Translations under genes and position numbers: made by a program | Part shown: in pieces, positions 46,998 to 60,719 of the stretch | How the letters are laid out: each line of letters starts with the position of its first letter | How positions within the stretch are numbered: position 1 is the first letter of the stretch | The notes under the pieces: generated by a model | What the model was told of the DNA's origin: nothing | What the model saw: the letters and a program-made list of their open reading frames with translations, nothing else | Database searches by the model: none | Assembly: GCF_000143415.4 (NCBI RefSeq) | Contig: NW_003314449.1 | Span: 1-64,000 of the forward strand | From: Selaginella moellendorffii | Taxonomy: Eukaryota > Plantae > Lycopodiophyta | Length of the DNA: 64,000 nucleotides | Direction of reading: 5' to 3'

Positions 46998-49900
46998 TCA
47001 GACTGTTATTTTTTGCCTCCAACGCCTATACAATAATCTTGGAATTTCATCACTCTCCACACTATCAGGATTTAAACCCAATAGTAATGCCATCTCTTCT
47101 CTAATACGTCCACACTCATGTTCAGTGGTCGAAAAACCTATCCGGTTGAGCAGATTATGGAGATGCGGATAGTGCTTAGCTAGACAATATACATGCCATA
47201 AATGATGACTAGTGTCTGTCCGATCAAATGGCTTCTGATATACCGTTCCATCTGCCATTTGGTTGATTTCTGCAGCCACCTCCTGGACTGGCCGATTCTC
47301 TATCACCATCTCTCCAAGCCGTTTTGCAAGGTCCCCCAGAACATACGGTTTCTTCTCCCTAGTTTCCATACTACAAGAGATGGGTGCACTGCATATGTGT
47401 GCATGTTCGCTGCAGTTTTAATCGGCAAGTCATCGATGATGAGGATTTCACTTGAGCTAGCAGTCCGGTTCATCACTACAGCCTCTGGCTTGACAAAGAT
47501 GGGCTTGCTACCCCTCACATAGACCATAGTCAAGCAATCCTCCTGCATTAGGAGAAAGTCAAATGGTAATATTACTCGCGTCTGATCGTACATCATCTGT
47601 AGCAACGTTAATGCATTGTGGCGCATCATGGATGTCCAAACTCCCAATTGCAAATTGAACCCAGCCCTCTGTTTTAAGTGTCGCATGGTCATTATTAGAT
47701 CCCACAGTTTCTCCCGTGTGATTAATGTGAATCTGTCTCTTTTGACCAACTTGCGACCGCAGGCTTTGGAGGGTGCAGTGACATTCGAGGACGAGCCACG
47801 CTCATGGGAGAAAAGGACACCGTTCAGATCAAAAACGATACAGTACCTTCGCCGTGACTCTGAAATGGAATGCGTCAGCATAAAAATGGTACAAGTCAAT
47901 TTTACCATCTACAATATTAGCGAATGGTGCTCCCGATGGTCGTTGAGAGGGTTTTGGTCGAGGAAACGTGAAGGGCGGAAATACTCTCCTCTGCAATGTG
48001 GGGTCAATCGCATCCGATGGCGTGTGGGCACATGCCATTTCAGCTGTAGACTCTGGTACAACTGGCTCAACAGTGGCATGGGGTGGTTCCAATGGCGTGT
48101 GATCACACGCCATTTCAGCTAGTGCCTCCGTTGGCAAAGTGGACATGACCGAACAGGCAGTAGGGGCGGTGTAGGGAGGTTTCAACGGCGCGTATCAGAC
48201 GATTGGGCACACGTTGAGTCCGTTGGAAATGAGGATACGACCGGCTCAGTGGCTGGGGCGGCCTCATGCGGGTCCAATGGCGCCTGGTCACCGTCAGTTG
48301 GATACGTGGACAAGACTGACTCAGTGGTATGGGCAGCATCAAGTGGAGCGTGGTCAGCTTGCTTGGCGTTGATATAGATAGTAGCCTCCACCAGCTCTGA
48401 TGACTCTTGCAGCCAAGTAGAGTCCACTGGCGGATCCATATGCATGTCCAAATATCTCCCTTCGATTGAGATGGTATCCTCCCGTGCTACTAAAAACAAA
48501 CTCATTAGCACATTGAATCCACTATACTGTATTTACCATCAACTGCTATTGAGGAACTAGGACCGATATCACTTGGGCACACTGCTGATTCTGAAGGATT
48601 GGACATACGTTTCGACCCTTGCTTGGCACTATCCTTCCTCGACACTAAAGGCTAGAGTTTGTAAATTCAACTGAATAATCTCTACTTACCATTTGCTCTG
48701 CGACCTACATGGACAATGTTAGAAATGGTAAAAGGTTAGGAATGGATGTATTATTATTTACCTGATGGTTTGTCTTGTATGACCTTCCTCCGCTACTCTT
48801 TGGCCCCAAAGAGCAGCGGAGGAAGGTCATATAAGACAAACCATCAGGTAAATAATACCACCTCATGATCGTCACCATTGTGAGGACCATCCAAGTCCTC
48901 TTTGTCCTCCTTTTCTTCGTCCTCCTCTTCTTTGTCCTCCTCTTCGTCCTTCTGCTCTTCCTGCTCATTATCTTTCTCTGGCTCCTCATCCCCCTCTTGC
49001 ATTTCTTCCATAGGCTGCTCAGGTTGGATGGCTTGTTCTTCCAGGACCATCTTGGGAAAATCATCTGGCCGAGTCTCCATCTCAAAATACAAGACATCCA
49101 TAGCCTGTTTTAGTGCGTGACTTAGGACCGTATCCTCACCCGACTGTCTTAACATGGTTTCTGCACGTTCTTGCACCCTTCGAAGACGACGAGATGAGTA
49201 AAACGTGGCCCTGACTTGAAAAGCATCCCTCATCCATTGTACCTCTCCATTGAGATTGGGGAAGGGGAGTCCGCCATAGGAATCTGAGTCAGGAGGTGGT
49301 GACTGGCTGCTTTCACTCAGCCCTTGATCTGCAATGAATGGCATGAGCACACACGCCATAACCGCGAGGCATTACCTATCATCTTTTCGTTGCCCTTCTT
49401 CCTTTTCGAATCAACCGCCTCTGATCCCGACGACTGTCCAACATGTTTTTGCTTTTTATGACCACTATCAGTTTGAGCTTGGCTGGTGCTTGCCTGTTTT
49501 TCTTTTCAAGAAGTGTCTCCTGCAAGGAATGGCATGAGACCACACGCCATTGCAAATATAATTTGTACCTCCTTTTTTCCTATTGCTTGTCTGTTTGTCC
49601 TTCTTCGACGCGCCACCAGTGCGCTTTTCAGTCCTCGTGTCTGAATATTCACAACGATCTATAATCAAAATGGCGTGAGGCCTCACGTGACCTTACCTTG
49701 TGCAGGTTGTGAGCTCGGCCCAACATGGGTATCTTCAACAGTAGCTGTTAACGCCATTTCAGCATCTGGGGGTGGCCACGCTCCTGCATACAGAGCTTGT
49801 GAGATAACATTTAAACTTAAAGTGCGTACTCACTAGGTTCGCAGAGAAGATACTGTTTTTCTTTGGCAACTGTAATTATATGCTCTATTGAAGTCACCTC

Positions 49901-52390
49901 TTCAATGGAGTTTGTCACCACAACACACGGGACACCCTTGAGTAGTGCGGCTCGAAAGAATAGTCCGCCGCAGTTGTACTCAACAACGCATTTGCCCTTG
50001 GAGTCGGAAGCAGGTGACCCACCCGCTATTGCGTTGAAGACCCAGCTGAGCATTTCCCATGCTGCACCTGGAGCTTTCTTTGGATTCGAAAGCTCCATAG
50101 CCATCTTTAGTTCCTCAGGCACGGGTAAATTGACCTCCCTCGGATCAATTCGATTGGCCTTGTCGAACAAAGCTGGGAAGTCACTCCAGTCCCACTCTGC
50201 TGCAGGACCAATAACAAGGGCGAGTGTGAAGATGCGGACATTCGTCGGTATCTTCTTCTTAGCCATTATCCCATGGATCTCCCGCATCTCCTTGCCTTTC
50301 AATCGAGCCTTCACCTCGTTCAAGGCCTTCCAGAAATTGTGATAGGATTCGGAGTCGTAGATCATATAGTGGACTGAAGATTCCACCTCCGCAAGTCCCA
50401 CCATTAAGTCAATGATGGAGCTGACTTCGTCTGCATGAGTGATCTCCTCGTTTGTGAAGTCCATCACACAAAAGATGTTCTTGACCTGCTCATCTCTGCG
50501 GGAAATGATGCTCCTCCACCTTTGATCCTCATCCGAATTCATGTATACCTGGTAAGGTTCTCGATAGGCCTCTGCTACGGGGTCGAGCTGTTTCTGAAGC
50601 CGGCGGTCGACATCCCTCTTAATGAAATTTGGATACTGATCCAACTTCTCAGCTTTACTTTTCGTGGCATCCCGCAGCAGATCGATGAACTTGGGGGCCC
50701 CCTTCACATACTCGTCGATGTCTTCATTTGACAAATCCAGCGCTTCCATCATCTCTTACGTGGTGTCGATGCTCACCCTCTCCACGGCCACTTGCTCAAA
50801 GATCCAATCCTTCAATAGCGCACGAGCTCTCAAAGTCGTGCACAAGTCCTCGTATGTCACAATATGGCCGGGAGTCATTTTGGTCTTGTTGAAGACTACC
50901 TCACCACGTAGAAGAGCATTAGCCACTGTCAGAAGGTCGTCGTCGTCTAGAGACCGCGAGAAACGCAAGGCATTGAGCTTCAAATCATTGGGCTTCCGGC
51001 CATCCTCCACACCCATTGAGTTTAGTAACTCTCTGTCATGGTATCTCCTCAGCACATCTACCCATTTGTCAAAAACAACTTTTGTCGTGAGTAGAATGTT
51101 ATGGATGCTGAGTGTGTCATTGACCCCCAGTGTTTTCGAGAGAAGACTCGAGAATTCTTGCAATGGAAATGGCATGAGGCCACATGCTATGCAACATGCA
51201 ACGAGGCTTACCTGCCAGGCGCTAGTTGCTAGTGCACGTCTTTGTCCTGGTTTTTGTGGCTTCTTCAGTTGAACCCAGAGCTTCCGTGTTCGTGCCAATG
51301 TCTAGTGCAGACCCGATTTGTAGCACATTTCTTGCTTGACATTCTGCGTGTGGGAGATGTATATGATAGATCGGAGGGGTGAGTTGCCTTTTATCAGGCG
51401 GACAACTCTTGTCTTGAAGACTTTCTTCACCTCATCGCCCATCATAATATCCACAACTATCTCTTGCATCGCCAAGCTAGAATGCTACCCGGAGACGGCA
51501 TAGAACCGGATGTTCTGATCTTCCAACACCTTCCTATTGATCAAGTCTGGAAACCTCATCTCGCCCTTCATTGTTCGGTAGTAGGGGATCACGTCTACGA
51601 TGTCGGGTGTTATTGGACTTGCCAGCATCTTCTGCTTCAGTTTCTCCACCCACTCATCAGATACTAGCCTATGGTTGTATTTGCTTTGGATGTCGATACG
51701 GCTCACATCAATTGTATATACTTTGTTGGAATAGTAACAAGTACTATTATCTGCGATGATTTTTGCTGCCTCTTCTTGCTCTTTCTGCTCTTTGCGGCTC
51801 TTCTTTTTGGTGGGTGTAGTGTTCGAACCCGAGGCAATGGCATCACTGAGTAGCTTATTTTTTGGAGCAGGAGAGTCGGACGTTGGCTTGAGCTTGACCA
51901 CTCTTTTCTGCTTCTGGGTAGTTTCCAGATCGACCCCCTTCCCCTTCGCTTCGCGAACTGGAGGCACTCTCAACGGCTCAATGTTGGAATATAGTTTTTG
52001 AACATCGCCGTAGGTGAGGTCCGTGGATTCCATGTGATCTTCATAAACCCGCAACGTTTTTGAAATTGTGGGCCTCCTGGACAACCTCTCCCTAGCTCCC
52101 TCTAGGAATTCCTCATAGCCGCTGCCCCCTTCCGGGAAGCCGCTAGGATGTGCAAGGTGGATCTTGAAGGCAGACGCTGTCTCTACCACAAGTGCCAGTC
52201 CATATTCTTGCATGGAACTGCATGGAGTATCTGTCACTTGGATGAGGATCCCCGTGCATTCTTTTCTCCCACCATCTGTGTTGTACAGCCTTAGATCCTC
52301 GCCTTCCATCCCAAAAGTCCAACTGGTGAGCTCCTCCCCCTTCTCTGCATCCACATTGATAGTGGCTGTAAGAAGAACGCAATTCCTCGC
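46998..52390 (-). pseudogene. Cargo gene copy 2, retaining extra Lys-rich and acidic exons
   Basis: ORFs 51485-52411, 50756-51298, 49817-50752, 48844-49359, 48182-48511, 47303-47908 and 46998-47369. Its stops are at different sites from those of copy 1. Confidence 0.85.
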
Positions 52391-55300
52391 CTGTTCAGAA
52401 ATGCACAACAATTAGAGCTGACAGATGAAAAGCTAGCAGCTGGAAATAACGTGAGGCCACACGCCATTCACCACTGCATCAAATGTCTTGAGGCTGCATC
52501 CTAAGATGGCGTGAGGCTACACGCCATCTGTAACCGGACTGCACTCGAGAGCCTAATCGGTGCATGCCAATGTTGCTACTGAATGGCATGTGGCCTCATG
52601 CCATTTTCTACTTGGCCTAAAAGACTTACCATTTGAAGCCGAATGGAGGAGTGACAATCGAGGCCGGACTCGCTGGCGAATGTGCACTATGTGTGCAGCG
52701 GATCTTAGCAACAAGGCTACTCTGCCACTTACAGTTGGAGAGTGGCACTGAAATCTCCCGGGACGCCAAGTGGGCTGCGTGTGAGTGGCAGAGTGGGCGG
52801 CGGAGTTGGCGGCAAAGTTACAAACTAGGTGTGTCTTGAAGTGGACGCCGATGCACACAAGCGCGATGCGAGCGCGAGTGTGATGCAAGCGCGAGTGGAC
52901 ACCGATGCACACGAGAAACCTGTAGAGAAGGTAGATGAGCGCGAGTGGGAGCGCGATGCGAGCGCGAGTACGAAGCGAAATGCAAAACCTAACCTCACAC
53001 GCGCGAAATGTCATGACGGTTGGTAATCCCGCAATGTCATCATTCCTCGGACTTGGGCGCCACCATTAATTTCTGGTTTGCCGCGCGCATGCATGCACGT
53101 GAAATCCAAAAGAAATCCGCAACGTCATCATTCCTCGGATTGCATGCACGCGAAATCCAAAAAAAAGATCATGCTTGGGATATCATTTAATACCCTCGCT
53201 ATATTTATACCATGCATGATTGGATATTCCAAAGCATCTTGTATTTCCAAAAATGCCAGATGTTCAGCTAAATAAAGAATGGTATACAAATCCCAAAAAA
53301 TGCACCAAAAAATGCTCGGCGTCATCTGGCATTACCTCTTGAATGGCGTGGGGCCGCATGCCATTTTCAGGGGCACATAGGAGTATATTCCTAGAATATT
53401 CTGACACGCGCGAGATTTTTTTGAGTTTTCTGGAGATCCAACCGTTAGATCGCAACTAGATTTTACAGAATGGTATACAATGTCTTTCTTGATGACCCTG
53501 CAAAGAAGCATCTCGATCGGACAACATATGAGACCACACGAGCCTTACAATATTTCAGGGGCATTTGCCATAGATCCGACTGTTATTTTGCTCCAAGATT
53601 CTACAGTTTTGTGTGCATTGACCTTTCCATCGACACTGCAAAGGGACATCACAATCAGATGCGGGATCACAAGAAACCAACTTCACTAACTCTGGTTTCA
53701 CCAAGATCTACGTAAGGAGTTATGAAATGAAAGGACCCTCTCTATTGAAATGTGTTTATGGTCCTAGGGGCATTGTGATATATCAAAGGATTTTGCATCA
53801 AGTTCTGTATTTGCATGTTTATCAAGCTACTGAATTGCTAAACCCTAAACCCTAAACCCTAAACATGTGGCAAATGCTGCGTGAAGAAAGATGCCCTTTC
53901 TGGGCAAATGCTATAAGAGGCAGATGCCAAGCAGATGTATCTCAGGCTAGCGAAGGGGACAAACGGAAGCTAGCTATAAACATGACGGGATGCAAATAGA
54001 TTACTAGGCTGGTCCTGCGAAAATCAAAAACCATAATTGAAAACATTGAAAATGCAAAAAAAAAGGTTTATAATATTTTTGAATTTTAAGCAACCAAAGG
54101 AATGTAAGTAGGGCATGTGTTTGTAAGTTTAAAAATGCCTCAACCACTTAAATTCCCAAGTAAATAAAGCTGTTTCTATTTTTGGTACAGGTAAACTTTA
54201 TAGCGTGTGGGCTCATGCAATTTTGAACCCAAAAATGCACCAAAAAATGCTCGACTAGCATTATTCTTTGAATGGCGTGTGGCCTTATATTGCCATAAAT
54301 GGACATACACACACAGCATAATTATTCCTTTACACGGCGAATAATCTTGGCACGGATCGCTGACACGGCATGGCAAAGTTCGAATCACTGACATGGCACA
54401 GCTGGATCGAGGCAAGGACATGATGTGACAAAGTTCAACGTCCGACAGCAAAGTCTAGAAGCTACTCAGTTTGAAATTTGTCAGAGGAATCATAAGATCT
54501 TGTTTGTCAGAGGATTTGATGTGACGTTCAAGCGTGTGTTATTTTTGAATTCTCGAACTCATTCCTAGGTCTATCATTTTTGTGCGCCGTGTTCTTGGTT
54601 CCGCTGAGCGTAGTGAGCGCTGCTTGTGTAAGCGGCGTTGTGAGCTGTGGTTTATGCGTCTACAAGCGGTTGTGGCATTGCGAGCACCATTGCGAGCGGC
54701 AGTTTATGCGAGTGGCAGTTTGTGCGAGCGGCGCTACGAGCAGTTGCGGTGTTGCGAGCGGCGCTACGAGTAGTTGTGGTGTTGCGAGAGGCACTGTCTT
54801 TGGTGTGGCTATCGCTTCCTCTTGATATTCGGCACTTGTGCTTCCTGGTATGTTCACCATGGAATGGTTTAGGACCACATTTAGAAATGGCATGAGGCCA
54901 CATGCCATCTTGGGCCCTTGCAATTTCATGGCTAGCGTATTGTCATGTATGTTTTTACTTGCCTGCAGCTGTGTGTATATCAAGATGGCATGAGGCCTCA
55001 TGCCAATTTTGTGAATGCGAAATTTCACGTGGGTGTCAATAGCATGTTTGAATAATGGCATGTGGCCTCATGCTATTGAGGTTGTTTGGTATGTTATGAT
55101 TTAGGCCATTCTCCAATCATTTTTTGTATGGTCTTAACTTCTTTTCTGCACTTTCAGAATGGCCTTCAGGGTTGGGGAAAAGGTTTACATTTTGAATGGT
55201 GGGAAGAGAGTTGCAAAAGGGACCCTTGTGTCTATAGATCGGAACTTTGTTATACACTATCAAAGGCTTAGGGAAAGCAATGCTGCTGTATCAATAGAGA

Positions 55301-56006
55301 CTGTCTTCGATGGGAATGTGGTCGCTATTGAACGAGGAGACATGGTCGTCGGGGTAAATGTTGTTGTTGCCTTGAAAAATCTTCAGAAGAAAGCAGATGT
55401 TGGGGACAGCGCAAGTGCGACGCATGTTCCCTCCGTAGATCTTAAGAACCGTGCTACATGGATTCAGGCAAAGGTGTTTCTAAACAACCCCGAGGGGGAG
55501 GTGGTAGCTGAGGGCTTAGCCACAGTTGTCGATCCAAGAGATGCGGTTGCTAATCAAGAATTGGGCTGGGATGATATTGGAGTTGTGATTTTAGAGGTTG
55601 TTGACACAGAAGAAAACAGTCTGACTATTGGAAGCATTGTGCGGTAGAAATTGAGGCACTTAGTGTTTGAGAATGTGAAGGATTCACAATCAAACACCAC
55701 TACAACTGATGACAAAACATCTCTTCATGGGAAAAGAAAATACACCTTCCTAAAGCGCAGCCAAAGGTATCTGAGCAACGAACTGAAAAGGCAGAAAATG
55801 GCGATGGAGGTTCGAATGGTCTCGACAGTTGCTTGTTGCAAGAGGAGGTGCTGTCAACATGCTGATTGGGATGCTATTGAAGAGGAGAGAGCAAGATACA
55901 AGACATTGTCCTGGAAGGCAGCTCGCAATTTTGTGTATGAAGCATTACGGTCATCTGTTGATGCTTCAGAACATCAAGTGGGGGGCATGGTCTTCCAGAG
56001 GGGTTT

Positions 56007-57833
56007 TGTGAGACACAAAATCCCTAGGCCCCAGGGTGGAGCCGGAAGGGCGCCACATGGTAGTGGCCGAAGCGAGAGCCAAACGAGCGTAACACGTTTG
56101 GACCAAAAGCTCCGACTTGAAAAGTGAAGAGCGGGAGTGGAACTCCCAACGAATTGCTCGAGGAACAAGCACGAAGCGAGCAAAAGGCAAGGCTCCAAAA
56201 AGGGACCCAAAAGGACCAACACATGACACGTGGGAGTGTCCGAGATGGACTCGAGATGGAGTCCGAGATGGAGTCCGAGATGGACCCGAGATGGAGTCCG
56301 AGATGGAGTCCGAGATGGAGTCCGAGGTGGACCCGAGATGGACCCTAGTTGGAGTCCAAAGTGGAGTCCGAGATGGACCCGAGATGGAGTCCGAGATGGA
56401 GTCCGAGATGGAGTCCGAGGTGGACCCAAGATGGACCCGAAATGGAGTCCGAGATGGAGTCCGAGATGGACCCAAGATGGAGTCCGAGATGGAGTCCGAG
56501 ATGGAGTCCGAGGTGGACCCGAGATGGACCCGAAATGGAGTCTGAGATGGAGTCCGAGATGGACCCGAGATGGAGTCCGAGATGGAGTCCGAGATGGACC
56601 CGAGATGGACCCGAGATGGAGTTCGAGATGGAGTCCGAGATGGAGTCCGAGATGGAGTCCGAAGTCGAGACCGAGACCGGAACCGAGACCGGGACCGAGA
56701 CCGAGACCGAGACCGAGATCGGGACCGAGACCGAGACCGAGGCCGAGGCCAAGACCGAGCCCGAGCCCGAGTCCGAGTCCGAATCTGAGTCCGAGTCCGA
56801 GTCCGAGTCCGAGTCCGAGTCCGAGTCCGGAGCCTGAGAGGGTGAAAGCCCAAAGCGTTCGTCTCCCAGACCCTGGGGGGTTTGGTGAGCTCCAAAAGTA
56901 TAGTAGGGGGAGGACTGCAGTGGAGCCAGTTTGGCCAGGAAAGGCCAGTTTGGCCCAGGAAGGCCAGACCCAGTGTTGGGTGATGAACTGACCACTGGGA
57001 AGTCCAAGACTAGAGTGAATACGGACCGACAAGCGGGGTAGCTTGGTGAAGTGTTCAAGAGCCGGCTCTAGTTCCCCCGGGAGATCGACTGGCCGATGCT
57101 CCCAGTCCAAGTGTGGGTGGCACTACCTACTTGGATACCAAGCGTGGCTCAATGGAACCTCGCTCTAAGCCCATGGCTAGAGCACCTAAAGGCGATAGGT
57201 GGGGAGAGTACCCAGGTGGCTCGCGTAAGGCCACGGTGTTCCGAAATGTTGTCCCAAAGGCCCAGACTGTGGAAAGGAAGAGGAGCAGTCCTCTGGGGTA
57301 GTGACCAAGGACACAGTCATGTGGTGAGGAAGTCCCAGAGGACCGTGGGACTTAGTGGTCGGGCCTGTGGGCCTCGATCCAGTGGCAGTGTTGGCAAACA
57401 CGGCCAGGGGCAGAAAGGGACTTGGTAGGAACTGACAAAGGGACTTTGGGGAAGGCAATTCCCCAGGTCTGTGGGCATCCTAAGGATGCTAAGGAGTGGA
57501 CCTAGGATGACCACTTGTGGACACATGGCCCAGTCTTGGAGAGACGAGGTGGTGATGCAAGTGGTGTTGAACCACTAGTGCAGCAAAGGTGAATGGGCAT
57601 GGCCTTAGCGTAACGGGCCGAGATGTCAGTGGTACCTTTGGGTGTTGGTCTCAGGACCGGACACGTGGAGCACTTGGACCAGGTGCAAGTGTGGAGTGGC
57701 ATGGATGCCATTCTTGGGGCTAGCAAGTCCCAAGTCCTGAATTGGACTGATGGAGGTTGTGAATGAGACTCCTCCAAGTGGTCGGAGGTGTGGTTAAGTG
57801 ACTAAAGTAGAATGGAAAATTTAGTCATTTACA
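56007..57833 (+). mobile_element. Solo LTR (1827 bp), TSD GGTTT
   Basis: tgtgagacac...catttaca flanked by ggttt at 56002-56006 and 57834-57838. The empty site is visible in copy 1 (cagaggggtttggtctgcatg). Confidence 0.95.
56241..56830. repeat. Tandem array of 11-12-bp GAGATGGAGTCC/GAGATGGACCC units grading into 6-bp GAGACC/GAGTCC units
   Basis: Directly visible; it produces the spurious R/S-, SE- and GL-rich ORFs. Confidence 0.95.
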
Positions 57834-58009
57834 GGTTTGGTTTGCATGAAGGCATGGAGAATCATTTATGGAGTTCCTTGAACCACATTCTACAGAATCA
57901 AAACTGAGTTTGAGGAACAAAGGGTTCAACAGGCAGTCCATGGGAACGACGGTACTCACAGGGTTAGAAGGTGGCTTGACCACAACATCGAGCAGAGAAG
58001 GTAGGTAGC

Positions 58010-60700
58010 TTTGTTAAAATCCTTATTGACACGGGTGCTTCGGATACTTTTGTGGCTGCAGACATAGTCCGGCAAGCCGGACTAATGGTGCGGTGGCTAG
58101 GCGAACCAAGGACTATAGAGTTTGTTCAAGGTAGCCAAAGCACCGATGAGGTACTTCGACAAGCGAGAGTCGAAGTGGGGACTTGGAAGGTGGACATGGA
58201 TTTCACCGTGTTGGACATGGCAGAATTTGACGTGATCTTCGGAATGGACTGGTTCAATCGATTCGTGGTAGCCCTGCATGGACAAGGTAGAAACCTTGTG
58301 GTACTGGCGAATGCCCAAGGAAGAAGATCTAGGGTGGAGGCCCAAGATCTAAAGGTAGGGCAAAGCAAGGCCAAAGATTCCTGCTTAAACCTAGTGTCCA
58401 CGAGAGGACAACTCACTAAAGGAACTAAGGTGGCCTTTTTGTGCTTACTCTCGGTGAAGAGTGACAAAAAGACAGGAATGGAAGAAGTACCTTTAGTGAT
58501 CTAGCGGGTGTTGGACCAATTCCAAGATACCATGCCGGAGGAGCTACCGGCGGGGCTACCCCCAGCACGACCAATAGAACATAAGATTGAGCTAGTCGAG
58601 GGTGCTGAGGCAGTGGTTCGTCCCCCTTATCGTTTGAACGAAAAAGAACTCAAGGAGCTCAAGTGCCAACTAGAGGAGTTGGTGGACAAAGGGTATGTTA
58701 GGTTGAGCAAGTCACCGTATGGGGCGCCGGTGTTATTTGTGAAAAAGAAAGATGGATCTATGCGCATGTGCATAGACTACCGGTTGCTCAACAAGTATAC
58801 AAAGAAGAACAAGTACCCTTTGTCAAGGATTGAGGACCTGTTCGATAGGTTGGGAAAGGCAAAATACTTCTCGAGGATTGACCTAAGGTCAGGATACTAC
58901 CAGATCAGGGTAACCGAGGAAGATGGAGAAAAGACAACCTGTCAAACGAGATATGGGAGCTTTGAGTTTCTGGTGATGCCCTTCGGGCTATGTAATGCGC
59001 CGGCAACGTTTTCGGCGCTAATGAACCACATCTTTGTACCCTATCTGGATCACTTCGTGGTCGTCTATATCGACGACATCCTGATCCATAGCGAGACGCT
59101 AGAGGAGCATGCCGAACACTTGGCGAAGGTGTTTGAGAAACTAAGGGAACACAAACTGTATGCTAAAGAGAGCAAATGTGACTTTGCTCAACAAGAGGTA
59201 AAGTTTCTCGGGCATGTGGTGGGCCAGGACGGGCTCAAGGTGGACCTGGAGAAGGTCCAAGCGATCCAGGAATGGGAGCGACCATCCAATGTACATGAGT
59301 TGAGGGCATTCCTGGGCTATGCAACTACTATCGAAAGTTTATCAGACACTATTCGAGAGTAGCCCTGCCTTAACAGACCAAACAGGAAAAGGGAAGATGG
59401 TGTGGACAGCGGAATGCAAGGCGGCATTCGTCCACCTGAAAGGGAAGTTGAGGAAGGCTCCCGTATTGGCATTACTAGACTTTGGTAAGGACTTTGAGGT
59501 AGAAACGGATACTTCGGACTTTGCGTTGGGCACAGTTTTGAAGCAAGACAACCATCCGGTAGCGTTCTTCTCGAAGAAGCTGGACAAGGCTCAACGAAAG
59601 TGGCCTGCCCATGAGAAGGAATTGTTTGCGGTGGTCAAGGCGCTCAAGGAGTGGCGACACTACCTTGGGAGACACTTCAAGGTTTACACGGACAATGTGG
59701 CAACGAAACACTTCTTGTCACAGCCCGACCTAAGAGGGAAACAAGGTCGGTGGGCCAATGCCTTGGCTGAGTTTGATTGCGAGATTCTGTACAAGCTTGG
59801 GAAGAGCAACATCGTGGCGGATGCGCTAAGTCGAAAAGCGAGCTTGAGGTTGGCAATATCCAGCGCAACAGCAACCTTCTGGGACGATGTGTCGACAGCA
59901 TATGAGAACGATGGTCTAGCACAAAAAGTGTTGCTGAGGAATCTAGAGGCGCGGGAAGCTCACCAGAGTGGTGAGCTGCCAACGGAAGAGAAAACGGGCT
60001 ATGCGGAACGCAACGGACTCATCTATTACAAGCAAACGAGGGTGTATGTTCCAGAAGGGGAACTAAGGAAGGTGGCCTTAGAAGAGTGTCATGACGGACC
60101 GCTTGCGGGACACGGCGGAGTGCCCAAGATGATGGGCTTACTCAAAAGGAAGTACCATTGGCCAGATATGGCTAAGGACGTCCAAGACTATGTAAAGACA
60201 TGTCTAACATGTCAGCAGGTAAAAGCCGTGACTAAGGCTAGTGGGGGCTTGTTGCAAAGCATCCCAATTCCAGATCGCCCGTGGAAATGTCTTACGATGG
60301 ACTTCATCACGGGACTCCCCCCAAGCGAGGGGTTTGATGTGATATTCGTGGTGGTGGACCGATTTTCGAAAATGGCACATTTCATACCCACCACAACGGA
60401 GGTGGATGCGGAAGGTGTGGCGAAGCTGTTCTTCGAGTGGTTCGAGTGCGGGGAAGACCGGAAGAGATCATCTCAGATCGAGATAAGATCTTCACCAGTA
60501 GGTTCTGGAGGACTCTCCTAGAACAGTATCGCACCAAGTTGAAATTCAGCACAGCCTATCACCCACAGACAGGTATGGGGTATTAAGTCAAGTTGTTGGC
60601 ACTAACACTTCTTGACAGACGGACAAATAGAAAGGGTGAATAGGCAGCTGGAGGATTATTTGCGATGCTATGTCTCGGGAGACCAAACCGATTGGGTAAG
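58010..60700 (+). mobile_element. pol: Ty3/gypsy pol (second family): PR-RT-RH-IN with stops and frameshifts
   Basis: [58 protein letters not shown] and STAYHPQT. Confidence 0.93.
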
Positions 60701-60719
60701 TCATTTGGGACTACTATAC

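Larger units (their letters stand above)
46556..58000. mobile_element. Second, inverted copy of the Sola-like transposon; transposase end truncated
   Basis: Starts catg|aagctctatttcgttaaaatggga and is collinear in reverse complement with 43842 to about 35080. It has an extra 1.24-kb segment (about 48448-49687), a solo LTR insertion, and a deletion near 57960. Confidence 0.95.
55159..58000 (+). pseudogene. Transposase copy 2, with a stop at 55645, a solo-LTR insertion and truncation
   Basis: MAFRVGEKVYIL.. near-identical to copy 1; resumes at 57839 after the LTR. Confidence 0.92.

Noticed and set aside
55966-57110. Long overlapping ORFs (309, 378, 253 and 237 aa) rich in RS, GL, SD and SE
   Set aside because: They arise from the stop-free tandem array inside a solo LTR; no protein evidence.
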